DNA of 64,000 bases, taken from contig OZ253580.1 of assembly GCA_965263035.1 (NCBI GenBank), forward strand, positions 928,001-992,000, read 5' to 3'. The position numbers were made by a program, and so were the translations under genes. The DNA is from Acidobacteriota bacterium (GTDB lineage Bacteria > Acidobacteriota > UBA6911 > RPQK01 > JAJDTT01). The notes beneath the pieces were generated by a model. That model searched no databases. It saw nothing but the letters and a program-made list of their open reading frames with translations, and was not told the DNA's origin. Positions 9,872 through 19,971 of the stretch are shown here, piece after piece. Numbering within the stretch: the first letter of the stretch is position 1; every line of letters starts with the position of its first letter.

Positions 9872-11587
9872 ATGAGCTTTGAGAAGACGATCCTGATTCC
9901 GACAGTAATCTGCCTTCTCTGGGTGTCCGCCTGGGCGCAAAATGAGTCCAGCTCAAGCCAACTCGGGGTTCGTTTTGTGGATATTGCAGCAGGAGCTGGA
10001 CTGGATGAATTCTTCTGCTATTCGGGAGGAACTGAGCGAAAAGAATACATACTGGAAACGACTGGAGCTGGCTGTGCTTTTCTAGACTACGACAACGACC
10101 GCGACCTTGACATTTTCCTGATGACGGCCAGCCGGAGTGAGGGGTTCGAGGAGGGCGCCGAGCCTTCCAACCGCTTGTATCGGAATGAGGGGAACGGCCG
10201 GTTCAGTGACGTAACCCGCCAGGCAGGACTGGTGCGATCCGGCTGGGGCCAGGGGCTGTGTGCCGGAGATTACGACAATGACGGCTGGATTGATCTCTAC
10301 CTGACTTACTACGGACACAACGTTCTTTACCGAAACACCGGAGATGGCTCCTTTGTGGATGTCACCCGAAAGGCAGGACTCTACACGAATCACCGATTGT
10401 GGGGCGTGGGCTGCTCGTTCCTGGACTACGACCGGGATTCGGACCTCGACCTGTTTGTCTCCAACTACATCGATTTCGATCTGGAGTCCGCTCCCCGTCC
10501 GGGAGAGAATTCCAACTGCCTGTGGAAAGGGATTCCCGTCATGTGCGGTCCTCGAGGTCTGAAAGGTCTGCCCGCTAATCTCTATCGGAACGATGGCGCT
10601 GGGACATTTACCGATGTGAGTGAGCAGGCTGGGATCAGTGCCCCAGGAGAAAGATACGGATTAGGGGTTTTAGTGGCGGATTTTGACAACGACGGCTGGC
10701 CCGACATCTACGTCGCTTGTGACTCAACACCCAGTCTTCTGTTTCACAACAACCGCGACGGATCCTTCTCCGAGATGGGCCTGCTGGCGGGAGTGGCATA
10801 CAGCGGTGATGGAAAGGAGCAGGCCGGCATGGGCGTCGATGCCGGAGATTACGACAACGATGGTGATCTGGATATCGTGAAGACGAATTTTTCGGACGAC
10901 AAATCGAGTCTCTACAAGAACCATGGCGACGGCACATTCAGTGACGCAACATCTGAGGCCGGGTTAGGCGTAAACCTGGCATATCTTGGCTGGGGCGTCG
11001 GCTTTCTTGACTATGATCACGATGGTTTTGACGACATCTTCATTGCCAACGGTCATGTCTACCCGGAAATCGACGGCCACGGTTTCCGGTCCCGATACAG
11101 GCAGCGGAAAGTCCTTTACCGGAACACGGGCAGAAGCACTTTTGTCGACGTCACTGCGTCATCCGGAGCGGATCTGCTGCAGCCACAAACCAGTCGCGGT
11201 ATTGCTCTCGGAGACTTCGATAACGATGGGACGCTCGAAATCTTGGTGAATAACGAAAACGGAAGACCCAGCCTTTACAAGAACCTTGGGCCACATGGGA
11301 ATTGGATCGTATTTCTGGCCATTGGCAGCCGCTCGAACCGGAGTGCGATTGGCACGCGTGTCTCGGTGGTCGTGGACGGAGGGAGACGACAGATCAAGGA
11401 AGTGCACAGTGGCGGGACTTACGCTTCACAGAGCGACCTGCGACTGCATTTCGGCCTGGGAAGCGCAAGCAAGACGGATGTAGAAGTCCGATGGCCCGAT
11501 GGCTCAGTGGAAAAGTTCGCCGGGGTGGCAGCCAATCAGTTCCTCACCATCACGGAGGGCGTTGGGATTGAGGGCGCGAAGAACTGA
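9872..11587 (+). CDS. CRTAC1-like FG-GAP/VCBS repeat protein with C-terminal ASPIC/UnbV domain
   Basis: Repeated DYDNDGxxD and LYRNxGxGxFxDV motifs; SNRSAIGTRV...SQSDLRLHFGLG. Confidence 0.9.
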   Translation: MSFEKTILIPTVICLLWVSAWAQNESSSSQLGVRFVDIAAGAGLDEFFCYSGGTERKEYILETTGAGCAFLDYDNDRDLDIFLMTASRSEGFEEGAEPSNRLYRNEGNGRFSDVTRQAGLVRSGWGQGLCAGDYDNDGWIDLYLTYYGHNVLYRNTGDGSFVDVTRKAGLYTNHRLWGVGCSFLDYDRDSDLDLFVSNYIDFDLESAPRPGENSNCLWKGIPVMCGPRGLKGLPANLYRNDGAGTFTDVSEQAGISAPGERYGLGVLVADFDNDGWPDIYVACDSTPSLLFHNNRDGSFSEMGLLAGVAYSGDGKEQAGMGVDAGDYDNDGDLDIVKTNFSDDKSSLYKNHGDGTFSDATSEAGLGVNLAYLGWGVGFLDYDHDGFDDIFIANGHVYPEIDGHGFRSRYRQRKVLYRNTGRSTFVDVTASSGADLLQPQTSRGIALGDFDNDGTLEILVNNENGRPSLYKNLGPHGNWIVFLAIGSRSNRSAIGTRVSVVVDGGRRQIKEVHSGGTYASQSDLRLHFGLGSASKTDVEVRWPDGSVEKFAGVAANQFLTITEGVGIEGAKN

Positions 11588-13145
11588 GGCCGGCACTCTG
11601 CGCCTGAAGAAGAAGGGCACTTTCCGCCAGGCACACTGCATCCCGGGTCCTCGTCTACTGACAATTTTTCTGGTGGCTCTTTTCCTGCAGGGCGAGGCTG
11701 CCGGGCAGAGTCCGCAGCAAGCATATCGCCTGCTCCAGGAAGGCAAACTCGCAGCGGCCGAAAAAGCTTTCCGGGCTCTGCTCGACACGTACCCCAATGA
11801 ACCCTCCCTGCACGGCGGCTTGGGCATGGTCTATTCGAGAATGAAGCGCTATGCCGAAGCCGTCCACGAATTCGAGCGTGTTCTCGAGTTGAAGCCCGGA
11901 GATTTGAGAGCCCACAACAACCTGGGCGTCACCTACCTGCGTCTCGACAACCAGGAGAAGGCGATCGAGCAGTTTGAGCAAGTGACCAAGCTGGACTCCG
12001 ACAGCGCCTCCGCCTTCTACAACCTGGGCCTGCTTTACCTCAGGAAGGCAAACTTGCCCCGTGCCCTGGCGACTCTGGAGCGGGCTCATCGTCTGCGACC
12101 GCATGACCCTGCGATTCTCGTTTACCTGGTCGAAATCTACCTCGACCTGGGGCGGACACGTGAGGCTGTCCCCCTGGCTTCTCGACTCAGACAGATCCTG
12201 CCTGCCGATACCGCTATCCACAAGCGCGTGGGGGCATGGATGCTGGAACGGGGTCTGGCTTCCGAAGCCATCGCCCAGTTCGAACTGGTTCGGCGCCGGG
12301 AGTCTTCGTTCCCGGTGAACTATTGGCTGGCCTATGCCTGCTATCTGGAGGCGAACTATGCACGAGTCGTTCAGCTTCTGGAACCGTACATCCCCAGCGC
12401 AGCGAAAACGCCCGTCAAGCTCCATGGACTCCTGAGCGTCGCCTACCTGAAGCAGGGGCTAGAGGAGGAGGCTTCCAATACCCTCAAGCGGGGAATGCCT
12501 GCGGCGGGCCGCGAACCAAAGTTTCTCTACGATATTTCGATGGAGTTGCTGAAGGAGAACCTTTTACCGCTGGCCAGGGATCTTCTCAGCTATGCCGCCG
12601 CCCGATTCCCGGATGACCCGGATCTGCTCCTGGCCCAGGCCCGGAATCATCATGCCGCAAATCGTTACGAGGAGGCGCGAGACGCCTCGGCGTCGGCAGT
12701 GAAGATCAGACCCGATTTTTATGCCGGCTATCTAGCCCTGGGAAACAGCCTATTGGAGCTGGGCGCCTACGACGAGGCATTGCAGGCCTATGATCAGGCG
12801 CTGAGTCTCAATTCCCGAGATCCTTTCCTCTATTACGTCTATGCTACCGCGCTGGAACGCCACAACCAGCTCGAGCCGGCGCTCCTGATGGCTCAGCGAG
12901 GCATCGCAGTCGATGCCAACGATGCCGCCTGCCGCTTCATCCTGGGAAAGGTTCTGGAAAGAAGCGGAAGACTGGAGGATGCAAGCCGGGAATACGAGCT
13001 AAGTTCCAAACTCCAACCGCTCGAGGAGGAAGTCCACTATCGTCTCGGGCTCCTCTATAAGAGGCTCCAGCAGCACCAGAAGGCAGAAGAACATCTGAGT
13101 AGGTTCGAAGAACTGAAGGCAAAAGCCAAGTACTCCCGTCACTAA
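11499..13145 (+). CDS. Tetratricopeptide repeat protein (true start probably nearer 11600)
   Basis: Multiple TPR units (AHNNLGVTY, AFYNLGLLY, VHYRLGLLY). Confidence 0.85.
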   Translation: MAQWKSSPGWQPISSSPSRRALGLRARRTEAGTLRLKKKGTFRQAHCIPGPRLLTIFLVALFLQGEAAGQSPQQAYRLLQEGKLAAAEKAFRALLDTYPNEPSLHGGLGMVYSRMKRYAEAVHEFERVLELKPGDLRAHNNLGVTYLRLDNQEKAIEQFEQVTKLDSDSASAFYNLGLLYLRKANLPRALATLERAHRLRPHDPAILVYLVEIYLDLGRTREAVPLASRLRQILPADTAIHKRVGAWMLERGLASEAIAQFELVRRRESSFPVNYWLAYACYLEANYARVVQLLEPYIPSAAKTPVKLHGLLSVAYLKQGLEEEASNTLKRGMPAAGREPKFLYDISMELLKENLLPLARDLLSYAAARFPDDPDLLLAQARNHHAANRYEEARDASASAVKIRPDFYAGYLALGNSLLELGAYDEALQAYDQALSLNSRDPFLYYVYATALERHNQLEPALLMAQRGIAVDANDAACRFILGKVLERSGRLEDASREYELSSKLQPLEEEVHYRLGLLYKRLQQHQKAEEHLSRFEELKAKAKYSRH

Positions 13146-13194
13146 GGCGTTGGATCAGGAGAAAAATCCTCGGGTCGATAAGGGGGGCCATTGG

Positions 13195-14115
13195 ATGTCG
13201 TATTTGCGATTACTTTGCTCGGCCGCGATCACACCGGGATTGGTCGCCTTGCAGGTGCTGAGCCTGGAAACAGCTGCTCAAGACCAGGAGGAAGAGCTGA
13301 CCATAACCAGGCTTTCGATCCCGCTCGAAAAAGACGCCAAACCCTTTTGTGCCAGTGGCACTGAAGATGGGAGGCTATTGGCCTTTCAAGTGGACCATCC
13401 GGAGGGTCTGGGAAAGCTCGATATCTGGTTCTCCCGCCTGGAGAATGGGCGTTGGTCCGTACCCTTCAACGCGGGCCCGCAGATCAACACCGGGTCCCAC
13501 GAAGCCGATGCCAAACTGTCGGCTGACGGGACCGTTGTGGTTTTCCTGCGCAGCGACGATTTCAGCAAATCCTCCGGCGTCTATGTCTCCCATTTTCGCG
13601 ACGGCTCCTGGTCCACGGGCCAGTTGCTGGGTCCGCCCGTCAGTCTTCCCGACACGGTCCAATTCGGAGCCATGCTCTCCAAGGACCTGAGAAGACTGTA
13701 CTTTTCCAGCAATCGGTCGGGTGGACAGGGTGGGTTCGATGTTTACTACAGTGATCGTATCGGATCAGGCTGGGACCAGTGGGGAGAGCCCGTCAACCTG
13801 GGCCCCGTCGTCAACAGCGCCGGCGACGAAAACGACGTGGCTGTCAGTTCCGACGAAACCACGATCATCCTTCCACTGCGGAGGAATGATTCTCCAAGCG
13901 AAAGTGTGGATCTCTACATCAGCAGAAGAATCGACGCCCAATGGACTCCCCTCCAGAACCTGGGCCCGCGGATCAACACTCCTGGAACCGACACCTGCCC
14001 CTGGCTCGGCTACGATGGTCGGACTCTGTATCTGAACTCCACCTGGGATGGACTGGTCGGAGGAAAAGAGGCCGCCACCTGGATCTGGGCCATTCGCCAT
14101 TCCAAGGGCTTTTGA
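13195..14115 (+). CDS. PD40 (WD40-like, TolB-type) beta-propeller protein
   Basis: LYFSSNRSGGQGGFDVY, PVNLGPVVNS, QNLGPRINT repeats. Confidence 0.85.
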   Translation: MSYLRLLCSAAITPGLVALQVLSLETAAQDQEEELTITRLSIPLEKDAKPFCASGTEDGRLLAFQVDHPEGLGKLDIWFSRLENGRWSVPFNAGPQINTGSHEADAKLSADGTVVVFLRSDDFSKSSGVYVSHFRDGSWSTGQLLGPPVSLPDTVQFGAMLSKDLRRLYFSSNRSGGQGGFDVYYSDRIGSGWDQWGEPVNLGPVVNSAGDENDVAVSSDETTIILPLRRNDSPSESVDLYISRRIDAQWTPLQNLGPRINTPGTDTCPWLGYDGRTLYLNSTWDGLVGGKEAATWIWAIRHSKGF

Positions 14116-14147
14116 AAAAGGGGACAAACCAAACTGTCCCCTTTTTC
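14114..14147. terminator. Bidirectional intrinsic terminator
   Basis: GAAAAAGGGGACA-N8-TGTCCCCTTTTTC between convergent genes, with an A/T tract on each side. Confidence 0.8.
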
Positions 14148-14183
14148 CGTCCTTCCATTCGAGTCGGACCTGACCGGGCACAA

Positions 14184-16232
14184 TCAGTTCAAGAGTCGGG
14201 GCACGGTACGAGACCAGCTCTTGTTGAAGTGAAGCTTCCCATTGACCGTTACCGTCAGTTGCACCAGGTGGCGAAAAGCCGATGCATTACTGGTGGTCAG
14301 TTCACTGGACTCTATGCGTATGTCCGAACCCGCCTGCTTGAGCGTGTAGGCGCAATAGGCCTTCAGCACTGCCTCCGCAGGATTGACCGAGGAAACCGTC
14401 AGGCTCGAATGCTGTTGCAGGTCAAAATCAGCCGATTCGGGCACGTGCACCGGTGCGATGCGAAAAATCGTCTCCTGATTCACAAGGTCGTGGGTGATCG
14501 AGTACTCCTCCGGTGTGGACAGGTCTTGCGGGTCGGCATTGGACAATTGCACCAGATCGGGCTGGGGCAGCTCTGCATTCTGCTCGGGGATCACCGGTAA
14601 AACGATACGTGACGGATAGCGGCTGCCTCGATGGATCGTATTGACGGCAGGTTCGGCTGTGGGCCAGGCATTCTGGATGTCGGCGCTGGCAATGGCCACA
14701 CGGATCCGGTGACCTGTCCCGAAAACATAGGACATCGTTTCCAGGTCAATCTTGAGTTCATACACCTGCCCGGGTGAAAGGGGCTCGGGTTCGATGTGGG
14801 AGTCGCGGTGGGTGGCATTCAGACCTCCATAGCGAACCAGTTTGGAAGTGCCGTCCGAAGCCACATCGATAAGCTTGACCCGAAAGTAGGCCACCTTGGC
14901 CGTGGAGGAGACGTAGATGACAGCCGTGGGGGTCCCCGTCACCTCCAGATCTCCTTTCAGTGGAGGCGTTGTATAGGTCACCGAATAGGCCTCGTCCCAG
15001 CGCTGGTCGATGGGCATTCCCCAAGGGAGGATGCCTCCCCCCCAGTGCATCCCGGAAGTGATTCCCACAGCAGGGTTGTAAGGGTACTCGTCTCGCTCCT
15101 CAACGGCCGCCTCGCAAGGCTCTCGGCTCAGCTTCCCGTGGGAGCGAAAGTAGAGGGGCGTGCGCCGGGTCCGGGCGATCGGCCACTCTCGCTCCGATCG
15201 CCAGAAGCCTTTCTCTTCGAGGGGCATGCGCGCAGAAGGCGGGCCATACCGCTTGACGAAAAAAGTGACCGGAGGCTCGTCCATCACCCCGTTGTCAATC
15301 CCTTTGAGCCAGCGGTCGAACCACTTCCGGTACAGGGGGCGGGTATCAATCCTGGGGCCGGGTACGGCGCATTTTTCTTCGCCATACCAGTGCCCCCAGG
15401 GTCCCACCAGCGCTCGCTTGTGGGGAACCTCCAGCTTTGAGAAAGCACGCAGCAGCGCCGTGGGATAGCAGTCAGACCAGCCGGCAATTACGAAAACGGC
15501 ACACTGGACCGCGCCGTAATTCGTCGATAGCGACCGGTCCTGCCAATAGGGCCCGTCCAGAGGGTTCGAAATGTAACCGATGCCCCAGGGTTCGCTGTTT
15601 TCCAGACGCTGTTGCCAGATCTCGCTCCATTTCTCTCCTACGAGATCCGGGTCAGGAGGCGAGAAATTGTAGGCGTTCATCAAGGCGGAGTAGCTATCGA
15701 ACATGTAGGGGCGAAGGACACCTCCCGGATAGGTCCACTCCGTATAGACATTGTCATTGGCCGACCGCACTATGATCGCTTTCAGATGGGGGGGAGCCTG
15801 CACCGCTACTTGCCACTGTACGACTGCACTGTAAGATTTCCCGAGCATCCCCACATTGCCGTTGCACCAGGGCTGGGCAGCGGTCCACTCCACCATGTCG
15901 TACCCGTCCTGCCTCTCTTCTGCGGAGTAAATGTCCTTGGTCCATCCGCTGGAATTGCCCGTACCACGCACGTCGAATTGGACGATGACATATCCGCGCT
16001 CGGCCAGGTATGGGACGACGGGGGGGTACTCCTCTCGATAATCGGCCAAGGGCTTTTTTATGCGACGGTAAGGATTGTATTCCAGGATCGCCGGGAATCG
16101 ACCTTCCGCGTCCGGCCGCGTAATTTTCAACGCCAACTCCACTCCGTCGCGCATCGGCACGCGCGTGTAAAGGATTTTCACCTGGTATTGAGAGTGGGAG
16201 CGGTCTCTATGGCTTGAATCCATTCGGTCCAC
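14184..16232 (-). CDS. CocE/NonD family hydrolase (peptidase S15 with PepX C-terminal domain)
   Basis: VPMRDGVEL, DVRGTGNSSG, GKSYS nucleophile, GPWGH; GTG start with GAAGGAGG RBS. Confidence 0.9.
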   Translation of the reverse strand: MDRMDSSHRDRSHSQYQVKILYTRVPMRDGVELALKITRPDAEGRFPAILEYNPYRRIKKPLADYREEYPPVVPYLAERGYVIVQFDVRGTGNSSGWTKDIYSAEERQDGYDMVEWTAAQPWCNGNVGMLGKSYSAVVQWQVAVQAPPHLKAIIVRSANDNVYTEWTYPGGVLRPYMFDSYSALMNAYNFSPPDPDLVGEKWSEIWQQRLENSEPWGIGYISNPLDGPYWQDRSLSTNYGAVQCAVFVIAGWSDCYPTALLRAFSKLEVPHKRALVGPWGHWYGEEKCAVPGPRIDTRPLYRKWFDRWLKGIDNGVMDEPPVTFFVKRYGPPSARMPLEEKGFWRSEREWPIARTRRTPLYFRSHGKLSREPCEAAVEERDEYPYNPAVGITSGMHWGGGILPWGMPIDQRWDEAYSVTYTTPPLKGDLEVTGTPTAVIYVSSTAKVAYFRVKLIDVASDGTSKLVRYGGLNATHRDSHIEPEPLSPGQVYELKIDLETMSYVFGTGHRIRVAIASADIQNAWPTAEPAVNTIHRGSRYPSRIVLPVIPEQNAELPQPDLVQLSNADPQDLSTPEEYSITHDLVNQETIFRIAPVHVPESADFDLQQHSSLTVSSVNPAEAVLKAYCAYTLKQAGSDIRIESSELTTSNASAFRHLVQLTVTVNGKLHFNKSWSRTVPRLLN

Positions 16233-16266
16233 GGAGGGTCCTCCTTCAACTGTGACTTGCTCTTAA

Positions 16267-16426
16267 CAGTCCGTGGTGAAAGTCCCACGCAGCACCGAGA
16301 CCGGGGCTGCGCCCGCCGGACAAGGCGCTCTGAGGAAGCATACCGGGAGTATGTGACCGAGGAGCAACGCAGTCCGCGCACGATGCAGACCCGGTCAAAT
16401 GCCGTGACGACTTTTGCCACGGGCTG
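16267..16426 (+). mobile_element. ~160-bp MITE, copy 2
   Basis: Same TIRs as copy 1; flanked by TTAA at 16263-16266 and 16427-16430. Confidence 0.85.
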
Positions 16427-16566
16427 TTAACCCAAGCTGGCCTGCCGAGCTCCCGCCGTAATTCCTATAACCGATGACTAACAAAGGAGATAAGATCTTC
16501 CGGTGGTCAGCACGGGAGTCGGCCTGATTGACTGCCAGTTGGCTGCCTTGGTAGATTCTTGCTGCA

Positions 16567-17709
16567 ATGCTGGTCGGCCTCTTGCTCTCGGGGCTCTTGT
16601 TTTCAGGTCTTCAGGTTCAAGCCCAGCAGCAGCGACTTGAGCAATACTACCAACAGGCTTCCGAGGCAACAAGACGCCAGGATTGGGTTTCAGCCGAGCA
16701 GGCCTACCTGGGCATATTGAGGCTCTCACCCGAGAGAGCCGATGCCACTTATGGTTTGGGTCTTGCCCATCACTTTCAGGGGAAATATGAAAAGGCCACA
16801 AGAGCCTTCGAAAAAACCTTGCAGCTCGATCCTGAAATGATCGAGGCGAACCTTTTTCTGGGCCTCGACTACTATCTTCTTTACGAATACGAGAAAGCAC
16901 TCGGTCCTCTCGGGCGGGCCATCGCCGTTCGTCCCGGGGACATCAGCCTTCAGCTGTGCCTGGCAGGATCTTATCTGGCTTTGAAGCGTTTCGATGAAGC
17001 GATCGGCATGCTCGCTGAGGTGGCCCGAAAGAATCCCAAGCATGTCCAGGTCCTTCACCTGCAGGCACAGGCCTACCTCAACTCCGGAAAGTTTGCCGAG
17101 TTCGAGAAGACTTACGAACGGCTCCGTGAACTCGACTCCGGATCCTACCGAACCTATCAGATGCGGGCTGAAGCCTACGTTTTCCAGGGCCGGGCGGAGG
17201 AGGCACTGAGCGAGTACCGGAAAGCACTTTCCCTCGATCCGAATGTAGCTGGACTCAACCAGGCTGTGGGAATTCTCTATGTGGAGAAGGGGCTGTACGA
17301 AGCAGGCCGACCCTATCTGAAGAAGGCGCTCGAATTGGAATCGGACCTTCCAATCGCTCATCTGAACCTGGCTGTCATCAAAAACATGGAGCAGGAGTTT
17401 GACGAGGCGATCCGGCATCTCAATGAAGTTCTGCGTGCCAATGACCAGATGCCGCAGGCATTTATGGAACTGTCGAAAGCTTATTCCGGAAAGGGGCGTT
17501 GGGAGGAGGCGGCAGCAGCTGTCGGACGTGCCATCGCCCTGGACCCCGACGAACCTGCTCCTCACTATCAGTTGGCCCAGATCTACAAGAAATTGGGAAA
17601 CACGGGAAAAGCGCTGGAGGAACTTCGGCGCTTTGAGGCGATTCAACAAAAACTGCGGCGAGAAAAACATCTCGCCATCGAGAGTGGTATTCAAAAAGAA
17701 CCTCAATAG
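16567..17709 (+). CDS. Secreted TPR protein
   Basis: Signal peptide followed by TPR repeats (APHYQLAQIY). Confidence 0.85.
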   Translation: MLVGLLLSGLLFSGLQVQAQQQRLEQYYQQASEATRRQDWVSAEQAYLGILRLSPERADATYGLGLAHHFQGKYEKATRAFEKTLQLDPEMIEANLFLGLDYYLLYEYEKALGPLGRAIAVRPGDISLQLCLAGSYLALKRFDEAIGMLAEVARKNPKHVQVLHLQAQAYLNSGKFAEFEKTYERLRELDSGSYRTYQMRAEAYVFQGRAEEALSEYRKALSLDPNVAGLNQAVGILYVEKGLYEAGRPYLKKALELESDLPIAHLNLAVIKNMEQEFDEAIRHLNEVLRANDQMPQAFMELSKAYSGKGRWEEAAAAVGRAIALDPDEPAPHYQLAQIYKKLGNTGKALEELRRFEAIQQKLRREKHLAIESGIQKEPQ

Positions 17710-17839
17710 ACGTCAGCTCACCATTGGGGAAACAGGCAGACTCAGGTCTTGCCGTTCTGCTATTTCAGGACTTGAATACACTGTTAATGGGGCTGAGACG
17801 AAGTCTCTTTTGTAACTGCTTACGCTCGAGGAGAATCCA

Positions 17840-19222
17840 ATGGCGAGTCTGACCAAGCTTGGCATTTGTATATGTCTATTGGGCCTGACGGTGATCCCGT
17901 GGGTCCGGGGCTCCAACCTCAAAGCCGGAGTGGCCAAGGTTGACATTACTCCGGCTCCGGGAAAATACATGCTCGGTTCCGGGACCACGCTGGCAACCGG
18001 AGCCAATGATCCACTGTACGCACGCGTCCTGGTGCTGGAAGTTGATCAAACACGGCTGGCGCTGATCACAGTCGATCTCTGCCGGGTCTTTCAGGCACCC
18101 TTGATGGAGCGTCTACGCCAACAAGTAAAGGAATCAAGCGGTATCTCCTTTGTGCTCATGGTCGCGACCCACACTCACTCCGCTCCCATTATTCCCATCA
18201 ATGAGAATCATCCCTTAACCGGCATGGTGGCTTGGCAGGAGGACGCCGTCACTAAAATCGCAAGAGCCGTTGAAAAAGCTCACCGGCAGGCGGCAGAGGC
18301 ATGGGTAGGTACAGGTTACGGAGTGGCCTACATCGGCCACAACCGGAGAAAACTGAACCCGGACGGCACCGTGACTATGATGTTCAGGAACCCGACCAAG
18401 ATTCCTACGGCCCCCTTCGATCCCACGGTGGCAGTCCTGCGCATAGACACCGAAAACCGAAAGCCATTGGCCATTCTCGTGAACTACGCCTGCCACCCTG
18501 TGGTGGTGATGGCAAACCTCAAGCAGTATTCGGCTGATTTTCCTGGAGTCATGTGCAATACCGTGGAAGAGGCTTTCGGCCCTCAGACCATGGCCTTCTT
18601 CCTGAACGGCGGCGCCGGCGACATCGACACCTATTACACGGGTGTGCCTCTTGAAGAAGACCCGGTCGCAAGAATGGAGTGGAGTGGAGAGACTCTAGGC
18701 AAGGAAGCCGTTCGCGTGGCCAAGAAGATCGAAACCGAACCGTCCCCTGAGGCGAGTCTCGATTTCTCGGAGGATTGGCTGACCTTCGGTTTTCGCTGGG
18801 ACCTGGAGAAGTACATGAAAGCCTTTGATAAGAGTGTGGAACCCGAACTCCGCGAGTACTATCTGCCCGAGATCAAGCCGGAAAAGCAAGTTCCCGTCAC
18901 GACCGTTCTCGTCAACAAGAAAATTGCATTCATGGGGATGCCGGGCGAGCCCTTTATTGAGTTCCAGATGAACTGGCGCGAGCGGTCTCCTGTCTCCGAC
19001 AGTTTCTTCCTGGGGTACGCGAACGGCTTTTTCAGCTACTTTCCCACCATTCGTGCGGCGACCGAAGGCGGCCACGGAGCAAAGAATATCTGGGCTCGGA
19101 TCGAACCGGGCGCCGGTGAACGGATCGTGGATCATTGCATCATTCGAATCTATGAAATGTTGGGGCGTTTGACCGATGACCCGGCGGTGCCGGCGCCTGC
19201 GCAGGACGTTGAGGAGCAATAG
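17840..19222 (+). CDS. Neutral/alkaline ceramidase-like protein (paralog of 2662-3993)
   Basis: VDITP, THTHSAP, NYACHP, MPGEPF, GYANGFFSYFPT. Confidence 0.8.
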   Translation: MASLTKLGICICLLGLTVIPWVRGSNLKAGVAKVDITPAPGKYMLGSGTTLATGANDPLYARVLVLEVDQTRLALITVDLCRVFQAPLMERLRQQVKESSGISFVLMVATHTHSAPIIPINENHPLTGMVAWQEDAVTKIARAVEKAHRQAAEAWVGTGYGVAYIGHNRRKLNPDGTVTMMFRNPTKIPTAPFDPTVAVLRIDTENRKPLAILVNYACHPVVVMANLKQYSADFPGVMCNTVEEAFGPQTMAFFLNGGAGDIDTYYTGVPLEEDPVARMEWSGETLGKEAVRVAKKIETEPSPEASLDFSEDWLTFGFRWDLEKYMKAFDKSVEPELREYYLPEIKPEKQVPVTTVLVNKKIAFMGMPGEPFIEFQMNWRERSPVSDSFFLGYANGFFSYFPTIRAATEGGHGAKNIWARIEPGAGERIVDHCIIRIYEMLGRLTDDPAVPAPAQDVEEQ

Positions 19223-19385
19223 CACCGACCTGCGGGCATGCTCGGCACCGTTTCCGTTGCCAGCAGGCGCTGCTCCCGTAGCAGCTCCAGTACACCGACT
19301 ATTGGATGCCGGATTTCGAAGAGTGCCAGGGGAAGTCCTTCCGAGACCATCGGGGACGGGAGTTGGCCTCCGGATCCAGGGTCCT

Positions 19386-19907
19386 CTACCTGACGGTGGC
19401 GTGACCCGGAACGGTGACGCCTTCCAACTCCAATAGGCACCGCTTCAGATCCAGGCCGCCCGCATAACCCACCAGGCGTCCATTGGAGCCGATGACCCGG
19501 TGGCATGGAACCACCAGGGGTAGGGGGTTGCGGCCCGTTGCCGCACCCACCGCCCGAAAGGAGCCGGGACGCCCGATACCGGCCGCCACCTCGCCATAGC
19601 TTCGCGTCTCGCCGAAGGGGATCGATCGCAGCCGGGTCCAGACCTCAATCTGGAACGGCGTTCCCCTCAGATCCAGCTCCAGATCGAAATCCCGTCTCTC
19701 TCCCGCCAGGAACTGCCCCAACTGCGACGTTGCGCGCCGTAGAGCGGGGTTCCATCCCGGAGACGCGGCCCCCCCGAAATGCCGGTCGAACCATCCGGAA
19801 CAGTCCGCTTCGCCGGGGAGGAGCAACCGGCAGAGCCCCTGATCGGAGGCGGCCAGGAGAAAGGTGCCCAGAGAGGTGTTCAAAGGCTGGCAGCAGAGAG
19901 TTCGCAT
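19386..19907 (-). CDS. ogt: Methylated-DNA--protein-cysteine S-methyltransferase
   Basis: GTPFQ, IPFGETRSYG, PCHRV active site, GYAGG. Confidence 0.92.
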   Translation of the reverse strand: MRTLCCQPLNTSLGTFLLAASDQGLCRLLLPGEADCSGWFDRHFGGAASPGWNPALRRATSQLGQFLAGERRDFDLELDLRGTPFQIEVWTRLRSIPFGETRSYGEVAAGIGRPGSFRAVGAATGRNPLPLVVPCHRVIGSNGRLVGYAGGLDLKRCLLELEGVTVPGHATVR

Positions 19908-19971
19908 GGATCAGATTCCTTTCGCGCCGAAATCCGTGGTCCCGCCATGGTACGTGGTTCGTGAGCCGGAT

